A stretch of DNA of 22,463 nt from Verrucomicrobia bacterium UBA3869 (lineage in GTDB: Bacteria; Verrucomicrobiota; Verrucomicrobiia; Opitutales; UBA9783), in NCBI GenBank assembly GCA_002392285.1, contig DGGR01000019.1:1-22463 (forward strand), written 5' to 3'. Position numbers and translations under genes: made by a program. The notes under the pieces were generated by a model. That model made no database searches, had not been told where the DNA came from, and saw only the letters and a program-made list of their open reading frames with translations. Positions 1 to 6,700 of this stretch are shown here, one piece after another (position 1 is the first letter of the stretch; every line of letters starts with the position of its first letter).

Positions 1-201
1 ACGGCGAGGTAAGAGCTCACCGCATGATTAGTGATAATCATGGCAGGATAAACCCAATCTGGTGCAAGACGGAATAGGGGGTTGAGTGGCCCGCTCTAAA
101 ACTTCGGGTTCGTCGCACTCGCAAGAGAACAACGAAACGTTGTTAGATAAATGAATGCAGCCTATTTAGGCACAGAATCTGGCTTATAGACCGTAAACTC
201 C
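1..201 (+). ncRNA. rnpB: RNase P RNA (bacterial type A), 3' portion; the 5' end lies outside the window
   Basis: Collinear blocks match the conserved 3' half of bacterial RNase P RNA as I recall it from E. coli M1 RNA: GGTAAGAGCTCACCGC (8-23), GGCAGGATAAACCC (42-55), GCAAGACGGAATAGGGGGTTGA (64-85), AGATAAATGAATGCAGCC (145-162) and ACAGAATCTGGCTTATAG (172-189). The 3' end is estimated, not mapped. Confidence 0.85.
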
Positions 202-202
202 T

Positions 203-1747
203 TCAAATCTTCTGACTACCTGCAAGATCGACCTTGCGTATATTAGATCCTTCGAATGCCTCTTTGTAGGCCTCAAGGGATAAATTCCTATCATCGATAT
301 AGGAGGTACTTTCAGAACGTCCATGTAATTGGCATAACTTTTTAAAACAGACTTCATTGGGGCCTGTTTGATTAAGGCCCAGCTTACTCAAGCCAACAAC
401 CGTTTTTTCCGCATTTTCCCATAATTTTCGCTCTGCCTGCACGTCTTCCAAAAGCTCTTTTAAGTAATCTCCTTGGTTGTGTCCCCAACGAACCCTTTCT
501 AAAAAGTCGAAATCGGATAAATGGTTGATCAGAATAAAATCATTCCATTTGGTATCAAAATAGCCAATTTCCCCTAAACCGATTATATTAAGCATTTCTG
601 CGGAATTGGAAAAATGGATCTTAGGTAAAAGGTACTGGGATATGTCCCTAAAATCGTAATAATTTTCAATTACCTTTTCTTGATTATTTTCGTCCTTAAT
701 CCAACTTTTAGCACTAAGAGTATCCCAAGCTTTTTCAGTAAATTTAGATGGCAGCTGGATTCCCTCCTTACCTTTAGGATTCCCTAAGGACACAGCGGAA
801 TCCTCATGAATAAATTTTTTATAATTTGTTACGCATGCCTCAAATGAATCCTTCCCGCACAATAGATCTAAAATAAATTTCTGTTGCGTGAGACTTGCTA
901 AACGTTTATTGAATCCTGCTGCCCAACAGATTAAATGGCCCAATTCATGTTTTAAAATGCGGATGCTACTTAAGGCAGAAGGCTTAAATGCCAAACAATG
1001 GCAACCGGAATAGGCAGCATTAAATTCATACTCCCCCTTGAATTTAATGTTAGGTTCTATCCCGAACCCCATAGGTAAATCCTTTAAAATAGTTTGGTTA
1101 ATACACAGAGCTGCGGCTACCGTCTGACGACCGATCGGATGTTGAGCTAACCGAAGCAACAGTTTCTTCAATAATATTCGATAATGCTCTACGCATTTAG
1201 GATTTAATGAATAGTGTACATAATCTTTTTCTCCTAAGGGCAACATTCCCCATATTTGAATATCTTCATTTACATAATCCGTAATTTCTTTCGCTAATCT
1301 ATCACCATTCAAGTCACGCCATTTTTGGGTTTCTTCTTTAAACTCATCAAAACTGGTGATACCGTCCATTAAAGAATCAAAGGTTAGCACACGCACCTCC
1401 TTCTCAGAGGCTATTATTTCCTGCTCATGAGTTGTAGCTGCACGGACACAGCGAACAGTTCCCTCTTCAAATAAAGGATTTTGTTTTACTTTTTCTATTC
1501 GGGATTTTATCCATGGCACCTGATCATTAAAAACTTTTTCTAAACCGTCCCAATCAGAATCATGATTAAGTGCATCTTTATTTTTTTCATCTACCGTAAA
1601 TGAAACAATTTCATCTTCTTTTTGTTCTAAATCGCTAATTAACTTTTTATCATTAATTTTCTTTAAGATTTCAAGTAATGCTTCGCTAGTTAATTCAGAG
1701 AACTTGGCGCTATCGCTAGGTATTGGTTTGATTGTGTTTATGCTCAT
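203..1747 (-). CDS. Hypothetical 514-aa protein with an HExxH zinc-metalloprotease motif (HELGH, codons at 935-949); candidate secreted or T3SS effector protease
   Basis: Long uninterrupted ORF. The only recognisable motif is KPSALSSIRILKHELGHLICW, a zincin HExxH in a plausible helix context. The N-terminal ~110 aa are acidic and low-complexity. No signal peptide or TM segment is evident. G+C is visibly lower than in neighbouring genes. The family cannot be assigned without a search. Confidence 0.6.
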   Translation of the reverse strand: MSINTIKPIPSDSAKFSELTSEALLEILKKINDKKLISDLEQKEDEIVSFTVDEKNKDALNHDSDWDGLEKVFNDQVPWIKSRIEKVKQNPLFEEGTVRCVRAATTHEQEIIASEKEVRVLTFDSLMDGITSFDEFKEETQKWRDLNGDRLAKEITDYVNEDIQIWGMLPLGEKDYVHYSLNPKCVEHYRILLKKLLLRLAQHPIGRQTVAAALCINQTILKDLPMGFGIEPNIKFKGEYEFNAAYSGCHCLAFKPSALSSIRILKHELGHLICWAAGFNKRLASLTQQKFILDLLCGKDSFEACVTNYKKFIHEDSAVSLGNPKGKEGIQLPSKFTEKAWDTLSAKSWIKDENNQEKVIENYYDFRDISQYLLPKIHFSNSAEMLNIIGLGEIGYFDTKWNDFILINHLSDFDFLERVRWGHNQGDYLKELLEDVQAERKLWENAEKTVVGLSKLGLNQTGPNEVCFKKLCQLHGRSESTSYIDDRNLSLEAYKEAFEGSNIRKVDLAGSQKI

Positions 1748-1756
1748 AAGAGCGTA

Positions 1757-1785
1757 ATGGTAACAAAATTTAAATAAAAAGGCAA
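1757..1785 (-). promoter_or_regulatory. Candidate sigma-70-type promoter for the HExxH gene: TTGCCT (1780-1785), 17-nt spacer, TACCAT (1757-1762), 9 nt before the ATG
   Basis: Hexamers read on the minus strand (4/6 matches each) with a 17-nt spacer. The predicted start site falls 0-3 nt from the ATG at 1745-1747. Confidence 0.3.
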
Positions 1786-1835
1786 GCTAATTTTTAACAA
1801 ATCCTTTTCATGGGCCCCTAACGACAAACCATGCT

Positions 1836-2306
1836 CTATCGATGATAAATCCGCTGCACCTGCACCCGTTTCACCGCTTGCTGATTTAAAAACCCCAAAG
1901 CCCTCTGCTCCATTTGACGCATCTGCCACTGTTCTTGTTCGGATTGGTCCGTATAGTGCGCCAAATGTAGCCACCCATGCACCAAGTACAAGGTCAATTC
2001 ATCCGCCAAGCTTGAAAGTTCCGCGTATTTAAGCGCTTCATCAACAGAGATACAAATTTCCCCAACCTGCTCTGGATCTTCAGGATCTGCCGGGAAAGTG
2101 ATGACATCCGTTGGGCTCGGATCCCTTAAAAAACGCTTATGGAGGGAACATAGGTCGGGTTCTGTGAGGAAAGCAACAGAAAGGGCATCGTAATGAATAG
2201 GCACATAGCACTCCAAAGATTTTGCTAAAGGACGCAATCCGCTCAGCCGATACTTCGGATGGCCATTGTAAATAGTACAACGCATGTACTCAGTAAGGTT
2301 GAACAA
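1836..2306 (-). CDS. ybeY: Endoribonuclease YbeY (rRNA maturation factor)
   Basis: Size is ~150 aa. It carries DVITFP and LVHGWLHLAHYTD, aligning to the YbeY signature (E. coli VVHGSLHLLGYDH). The track start at 2304-2306 is TTG; an ATG alternative (M8) lies at 2283-2285. Confidence 0.8.
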   Translation of the reverse strand: MFNLTEYMRCTIYNGHPKYRLSGLRPLAKSLECYVPIHYDALSVAFLTEPDLCSLHKRFLRDPSPTDVITFPADPEDPEQVGEICISVDEALKYAELSSLADELTLYLVHGWLHLAHYTDQSEQEQWQMRQMEQRALGFLNQQAVKRVQVQRIYHR

Positions 2307-2408
2307 TTTTATTTATTCGTCAAACACAGACCTTATTTCATTTTTGATAAACAAAAAGCTTGCCAAGCCTGAACAATCTATCGCATCTTAATGAAGATCT
2401 TTGTTAGT

Positions 2409-2495
2409 GGTGGGGTATCCAAGAGGCTAAAGGACGTAGACTGTAAATCTATTAGGAGTTTCCTTTCGGGGGTTCGAATCCCTCCCCCACCACCA
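2409..2495 (+). tRNA. tRNA-Tyr (anticodon GTA), type II with long variable arm, CCA encoded
   Basis: Acceptor GGTGGGG/CCCCACC. Anticodon arm is GTAGA-CTGTAAA-TCTAT (loop C-U-GUA-A-A). T-arm is GGGGG-TTCGAAT-CCCTC. Discriminator is A followed by CCA. Confidence 0.9.
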
Positions 2496-2515
2496 GGATT
2501 TTGGAAATTAAGGGG

Positions 2516-2543
2516 TTGAAAATTCTAAGCCATTAAGTATACT
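2516..2543 (+). promoter_or_regulatory. Candidate promoter TTGAAA (2516-2521), 16-nt spacer, TATACT (2538-2543), upstream of the 79-aa ORF
   Basis: The hexamers match consensus 5/6 and 5/6. The ATG at 2556 lies 12 nt after the -10. Confidence 0.35.
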
Positions 2544-2555
2544 AGATTACAGTAT

Positions 2556-2795
2556 ATGAAATCATTGTTTGTTTGGTTGATTACTCGTCTTACCCTTCTC
2601 TTCGTTTTAGTAATAGCCTGTGTTGTTGGCATCAGTTACTATCTATCCTTAGAGTTCGAAGAAGTATACCAATTAACCTACCAAGGACTGATTAAGCGCG
2701 ATCAGGTAGCATTGAAGAAAACCTTCAATCAGACGCTGGAATCGCACCATTACTTCGGCGATAAATTCCCTTTCGAAATTCATCCCAAACGTTAA
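2556..2795 (+). CDS. Hypothetical small membrane protein (79 aa, one N-terminal TM helix)
   Basis: Hydrophobic stretch LFVWLITRLTLLFVLVIACVVGISYYL followed by a charged tail. A candidate promoter lies directly upstream. No recognisable family. Confidence 0.4.
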   Translation: MKSLFVWLITRLTLLFVLVIACVVGISYYLSLEFEEVYQLTYQGLIKRDQVALKKTFNQTLESHHYFGDKFPFEIHPKR

Positions 2796-2814
2796 TTGTT
2801 AACGGTTTTGGTAG

Positions 2815-3603
2815 CTAATGGTTAATATTAAAGAAACGCAACGCGTTTTCGGCGGTTATTTTTGCGCAATCTGCAAACGAAATGTGCTTTATTTCGGCCA
2901 GTTTTTCAGCCACATACCGTACATATTCCGGCATATTGTGCTGTCCTCTAAAGGGCGCAGGGGTTAAATACGGACTATCGGTTTCAATAACCATACGTTC
3001 TAACGGCACCCAAGGAGCCGTTTCTAGCATATTCCCTGCACGTTTAAAGGTTATGACCCCCGAATAAGATACAAAACCGCCATTTTCTATAATCCACTGA
3101 GCGGCTTCCAAATCCTCCACAAAGCAATGAAACAATACGCGGCTCAAATCAAATTGCGTATGCATAAGGATTTCTTTAATAGCAAAAAAAGCATCGCGGC
3201 AATGAATCACAATGGGTAAATGATAACGCTGCGCCAAATGCACTTGATACTCAAATGCCTTCATTTGTAGCTTTATTTGAGGAATATGCTCCTTATCAAA
3301 GGTACCATGAAAATCAAGACCGATCTCACCTACGCCAATTGCGTGCGGTAAGTACGTGCGCAAGTGTTCCAAATCCTCTTCCCACCGTTCACTTACTTCC
3401 AATGGGTGCAGACCATAATAAACCCTTACGCGATCCGAATGTTCAGCAACCTGTGAATTCAACAACCAATCGTTGGGGTGAGTTGATGCCAACAAAAGCA
3501 TCCGTAAATTCTTTGCATCCAATTGGGATACATATTCCAGTGCCCCATTCAGACCCAAATTATCCAAATGGCAATGAGAATCAATTAATAATGGGGTCAT
3601 CAC
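2815..3603 (-). CDS. tatD: TatD-family metal-dependent hydrolase/DNase
   Basis: IDSHCHLD near the N-terminus, GEIGLDF, IHCRDA, HCF and ETDSPYL match the TatD/YcfH pattern. The track start is GTG at 3601-3603; the ATG at 3598-3600 is the more likely start. Confidence 0.9.
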   Translation of the reverse strand: MMTPLLIDSHCHLDNLGLNGALEYVSQLDAKNLRMLLLASTHPNDWLLNSQVAEHSDRVRVYYGLHPLEVSERWEEDLEHLRTYLPHAIGVGEIGLDFHGTFDKEHIPQIKLQMKAFEYQVHLAQRYHLPIVIHCRDAFFAIKEILMHTQFDLSRVLFHCFVEDLEAAQWIIENGGFVSYSGVITFKRAGNMLETAPWVPLERMVIETDSPYLTPAPFRGQHNMPEYVRYVAEKLAEIKHISFADCAKITAENALRFFNINH

Positions 3604-3672
3604 AAAGTACTAAAAAGTTTTCTTATGCGCTTAATGGTTGCAAAACCATAAAAACCAAAATTAATTAAAAGT

Positions 3673-4248
3673 ATGACGTTGTCAAATTGGATTACCCTCT
3701 CGCGTATCGGGTTAATCTTCGTTATCGGATGGTTGTTTTACATCCCTTGGCATAAGGCAAAAATCCTTGCTCTTATCGTTTATATTCTTACTAGCTCAAC
3801 CGATTGGTTAGATGGCTATGTTGCGCGTAAATATCACCAGGTGACCGACTGGGGGAAGTTGATGGATGCGTTGGTAGATAAAATCTTTACCATCAGTATG
3901 TTTATTTTATTGATCGGCAAAGGCCTCATCCCAACTTGGGGCATCTTTTGCATCCTGCTGATTTTATGCCGCGAATTCTTTATCACCGGCCTACGCATCT
4001 TATTGGCGAAAAGCGGGGTTGTTCTTGCTGCCGAAGCACACGGAAAGATTAAAACCATTTTACAATTGGTAGTGATCGGCTCGTTCTTTTTAATCGAAAT
4101 GCTAAGGGTCAATATCAGCGCTGATTGGATGCAATCCTTACTGCCTGTTTTGCGCTGGATCAACACGGTCAATTTTATCCTAGCTACCGCATTAACCCTT
4201 CACTCTGGGATTCATTACTACAGCAAGTACAGCGCATATTTGCACTAA
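3673..4248 (+). CDS. pgsA: CDP-diacylglycerol--glycerol-3-phosphate 3-phosphatidyltransferase (CDP-alcohol phosphatidyltransferase family)
   Basis: DWLDGYVARKYHQVTDWGKLMDALVDK fits D-x2-DG-x2-AR-x8-G-x3-D-x3-D. It is 191 aa and polytopic, the typical PgsA size. Confidence 0.8.
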   Translation: MTLSNWITLSRIGLIFVIGWLFYIPWHKAKILALIVYILTSSTDWLDGYVARKYHQVTDWGKLMDALVDKIFTISMFILLIGKGLIPTWGIFCILLILCREFFITGLRILLAKSGVVLAAEAHGKIKTILQLVVIGSFFLIEMLRVNISADWMQSLLPVLRWINTVNFILATALTLHSGIHYYSKYSAYLH

Positions 4249-4253
4249 GAACA

Positions 4254-4282
4254 TTGCTATTTCCCCCAAAAAACGTTATCCT
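4254..4282 (+). promoter_or_regulatory. Candidate promoter TTGCTA (4254-4259), 17-nt spacer, TATCCT (4277-4282), 8 nt before the ATG of the chaperone gene
   Basis: The hexamers match 4/6 and 4/6 with a 17-nt spacer. The predicted start site is at or within ~2 nt of the ATG at 4291. Confidence 0.3.
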
Positions 4283-4290
4283 AATAGTGT

Positions 4291-4731
4291 ATGGAGCTAT
4301 TCAAGGATTGGCTTGCAGAACTAGATAAGGAATTGAATTTAGGGGGTGAATTGGTGCTCGACGAACATCAACGGTGTTTCCTCTTATTTGATGAAAATCT
4401 ATTGGTCAATATTATCTACCATCCCCATGAAAACGCCTATGAACTTAAGGGCACTTTAGGCTCCATCAATCGGTTGCACAAAAAGCAGATTCATGCTCGA
4501 TTGATAGAAGCTAACCTAATCGGTGAGCTTAATGGCATTGCCCATTTCGCCATTGAAAAATACAGCGAAAAAGCGCTACTCATCCAATCGCTAACGCTCG
4601 ATACTTGCGATTATCCACGCTTCAATAAATCCCTAGAGCTGTTTGTTAACCTCTTTGAGTATTGGACTAAAAACCTAACCTCATTAACCACCAAAGCTAC
4701 CCAAGCGCAAATCGTTGGGTTGCGTGTTTAG
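4291..4731 (+). CDS. Class I type III secretion chaperone-like protein (CesT/SycE/Tir-chaperone family fold)
   Basis: 146 aa and acidic. Shows the typical pattern F..WL.EL...L.L......DE...C.L.FDE...V.I......N...L...LG, then L.EANL.G....G.A.FA...., then F...LE.FV...E.W. Confidence 0.6.
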   Translation: MELFKDWLAELDKELNLGGELVLDEHQRCFLLFDENLLVNIIYHPHENAYELKGTLGSINRLHKKQIHARLIEANLIGELNGIAHFAIEKYSEKALLIQSLTLDTCDYPRFNKSLELFVNLFEYWTKNLTSLTTKATQAQIVGLRV

Positions 4732-4758
4732 TACTTAATTTTTGCTTATTCATACCTT

Positions 4759-5640
4759 ATGCAAGGCATTTACACATCACTCATCACTCCCTTCTACAAA
4801 GACAAGGTGGATTATGAATCGCTAGAACGCTTACTGACGTATCAAATTAAATCAAAAGTACAGGGGCTTATTCTGCTGGATACAACCGGCGAAAATTCAA
4901 CCTTAGAATCCACTGAGCGCAACGAATTGATCACCTTTATCACCAAAAAACTTAACCATCAACTGCCGTTCTTCCTTACCATCGAGGCAAATTGCACGCG
5001 TAAAGCCATTCGGTTGATGCATGAACTGGAACACTTTAAACCCGATGGATTTTTAATGGTCACCCCCTATTATAATCGCCCTACTCAAAGCGGCCTGTAC
5101 CTCCATTATGAAGCGCTTGCCAAGGAAACCCAAAAACCGATTTGTTTGTACTCATCCGCATTTCGCTGTGGAACTGAACTCGCTGTTGATACCATCGACC
5201 AATTGCGCCAGGCATTTCCTGAAACCATTATTGCCATCAAAGAATCCGGTAATTCCTGCAACCGCGTCAGTCAGCTCTTAAAAAACAAACGCAATCTCTT
5301 CCACGTCCTATCGGGCGATGATTCCCTCATCCTACCATTTTTAGCACTCGGAGCACAAGGAGCCATCAGCACAGCCGCCAACTGGATCGCAAAAGAAATG
5401 GTTCAACTGTTTACCTTTGTTCAAGCTAACGACCTTGAAAGCGCCGCCCCCATTAACCGAAATTTTTATCCTTTATTTCGCGCATTGACCGTAGAAACCA
5501 ACCCAGCTCCCATCAAATACATTTTGTATAAGGCGGGTTGGATCAAAAGCCCAGAAGTCCGTCTGCCTTTAAGCCCATTATCCGCTAAAAGTATGGCTTT
5601 TATTGACCAAATCCTGGAAAAATTAAAAGCCCAGTCTTAA
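4759..5640 (+). CDS. dapA: 4-hydroxy-tetrahydrodipicolinate synthase (DHDPS/NAL family)
   Basis: ITPF, TTGE, PYYNRPTQ, Y..(x4)R and the Schiff-base lysine context AIKES are all present. Size is 293 aa. Confidence 0.85.
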   Translation: MQGIYTSLITPFYKDKVDYESLERLLTYQIKSKVQGLILLDTTGENSTLESTERNELITFITKKLNHQLPFFLTIEANCTRKAIRLMHELEHFKPDGFLMVTPYYNRPTQSGLYLHYEALAKETQKPICLYSSAFRCGTELAVDTIDQLRQAFPETIIAIKESGNSCNRVSQLLKNKRNLFHVLSGDDSLILPFLALGAQGAISTAANWIAKEMVQLFTFVQANDLESAAPINRNFYPLFRALTVETNPAPIKYILYKAGWIKSPEVRLPLSPLSAKSMAFIDQILEKLKAQS

Positions 5641-5706
5641 TACGCTTGCAGACACCACAAACTATTTTCCATTTTACAAGCGCCCTCACTTAATTAAGAT
5701 GAAAGC

Positions 5707-6279
5707 ATGATTGCTTTTTTAGAAGGCGTACTGGATTCCGTTCATGCCCACAGCATCTTTTTAGCAGTCCAAGGCATCGGTTATGAGGTATTCGTTCAAA
5801 AACCTCAAGCGTTTCAATCGCAGCAACATTACCGCTTATACACCTGCCCTATTTACCGAGAAGATAACCAACAACTCTATGGGTTCATTACCCCGGAAGA
5901 ACGCAACTGCTTTAAGTTGTTAGTGGAAAAGGTAAGCGGCATAGGGCCTAAATTAGCCTTAACCTTATTAACCGTTTTTTCGATGCACGAACTCTGCTCA
6001 TTGATCGTTAATCAAGATTACCAAGCGCTTACCCGCTGCCCCGGAGTCGGCAAAAAAACCGCTCAACGGCTTTTATTGGAGCTTCATGATTACTTAAAAG
6101 CCTTACCCGCATCAACACCTGCTGATACCCCTCATACGTGTTATAAAGACGCTATCGATGCTCTGATTGTCCTGGGTTATCCCCGCAAACAATCGGAAGA
6201 ACGAATTCAAAAAGTTCACGAAAATCATCCCGAGCTGGATTCCGTGGAAGCTATTTTGCGTCAAGCCTTGCAAAGCTAA
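5707..6279 (+). CDS. ruvA: Holliday junction DNA helicase subunit RuvA
   Basis: MIAFLEGVL...GIGYEV...LYGF, then the HhH motifs VSGIGPKLAL and CPGVGKKTAQRLLLEL. Size is 190 aa. Confidence 0.9.
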   Translation: MIAFLEGVLDSVHAHSIFLAVQGIGYEVFVQKPQAFQSQQHYRLYTCPIYREDNQQLYGFITPEERNCFKLLVEKVSGIGPKLALTLLTVFSMHELCSLIVNQDYQALTRCPGVGKKTAQRLLLELHDYLKALPASTPADTPHTCYKDAIDALIVLGYPRKQSEERIQKVHENHPELDSVEAILRQALQS

Positions 6280-6379
6280 GCGCGCATGCCCTGCTCCCCG
6301 CTTTTTTGCTGCTGATTGAGCCATCGAAAAATAACTTGCGTCCGCCGTTTAAACCCATTGTTTTAAGGGTATACAGATT

Positions 6380-6700
6380 ATGCAACCGTTCTTCTTTTCA
6401 TTTTTATTCGGAGCAGAACTTCCTCAAGCACAGCAAGGAGCTTCTATAACCTCGAGCCTATTGATGATGGGCCTGTTTTTCTTGGCCTTCTGGTTCTTGA
6501 TGATCGCCCCTCAACGGAAGCGTCAAAAGGCTCAAAAAGAGATGATTGCAGCCCTCAAAGTGGGTGATGAAATCATAACCTCCTCAGGGTTTTTAGCCTC
6601 TATTGTTCAGGTAAAAGAAGACCGTTTGGTCATCAAAACAGGCGATGCCAAATTAGAAATCTATAAGCAGTTCGTCCAATCCGTACATCATCACAAATAA
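6380..6700 (+). CDS. yajC: Preprotein translocase subunit YajC
   Basis: Single TM helix followed by PQRKRQKAQKEMIAALKVGDEIITSSG. The stop overlaps the secDF start (TAATG). Confidence 0.85.
   Translation: MQPFFFSFLFGAELPQAQQGASITSSLLMMGLFFLAFWFLMIAPQRKRQKAQKEMIAALKVGDEIITSSGFLASIVQVKEDRLVIKTGDAKLEIYKQFVQSVHHHK

Noticed and set aside
1514-1519. TGGCAC, a possible sigma-54 -24 element (rpoN is in the window)
   Set aside because: No TTGC lies at the required spacing (GG-N10-GC), and the site is inside the HExxH coding region on the non-coding strand.
1744-1974. 76-aa ORF on the minus strand between the HExxH gene and ybeY
   Set aside because: It overlaps the ybeY 3' half in another frame. The Gly/Ala-rich translation has no recognisable features, and ybeY homology explains the region.
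2882-3668. Plus-strand ORFs of 61 aa (2882-3067) and 137 aa (3255-3668)
   Set aside because: They are antisense to tatD, whose motifs are unambiguous on the minus strand. The translations are Pro/Ser/Asn-rich shadow-frame products.
3834-4328. 112-aa minus-strand ORF (3834-4172) and 67-aa plus-strand ORF (4125-4328)
   Set aside because: They lie antisense or out of frame relative to pgsA. The 67-aa ORF also runs into the chaperone gene start. Neither has supporting motifs.
6279-6320. GC-rich segment after ruvA (GCGCGCATGC...CCCCGCTTTTTTGC) considered as an intrinsic terminator
   Set aside because: I could not draw a convincing stem immediately preceding the T run. GCGCGCATGC is self-complementary but too short and is separated from the T tract.
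6112-6324. 70-aa minus-strand ORF over the ruvA 3' end
   Set aside because: It is a shadow ORF opposite the well-supported ruvA gene.
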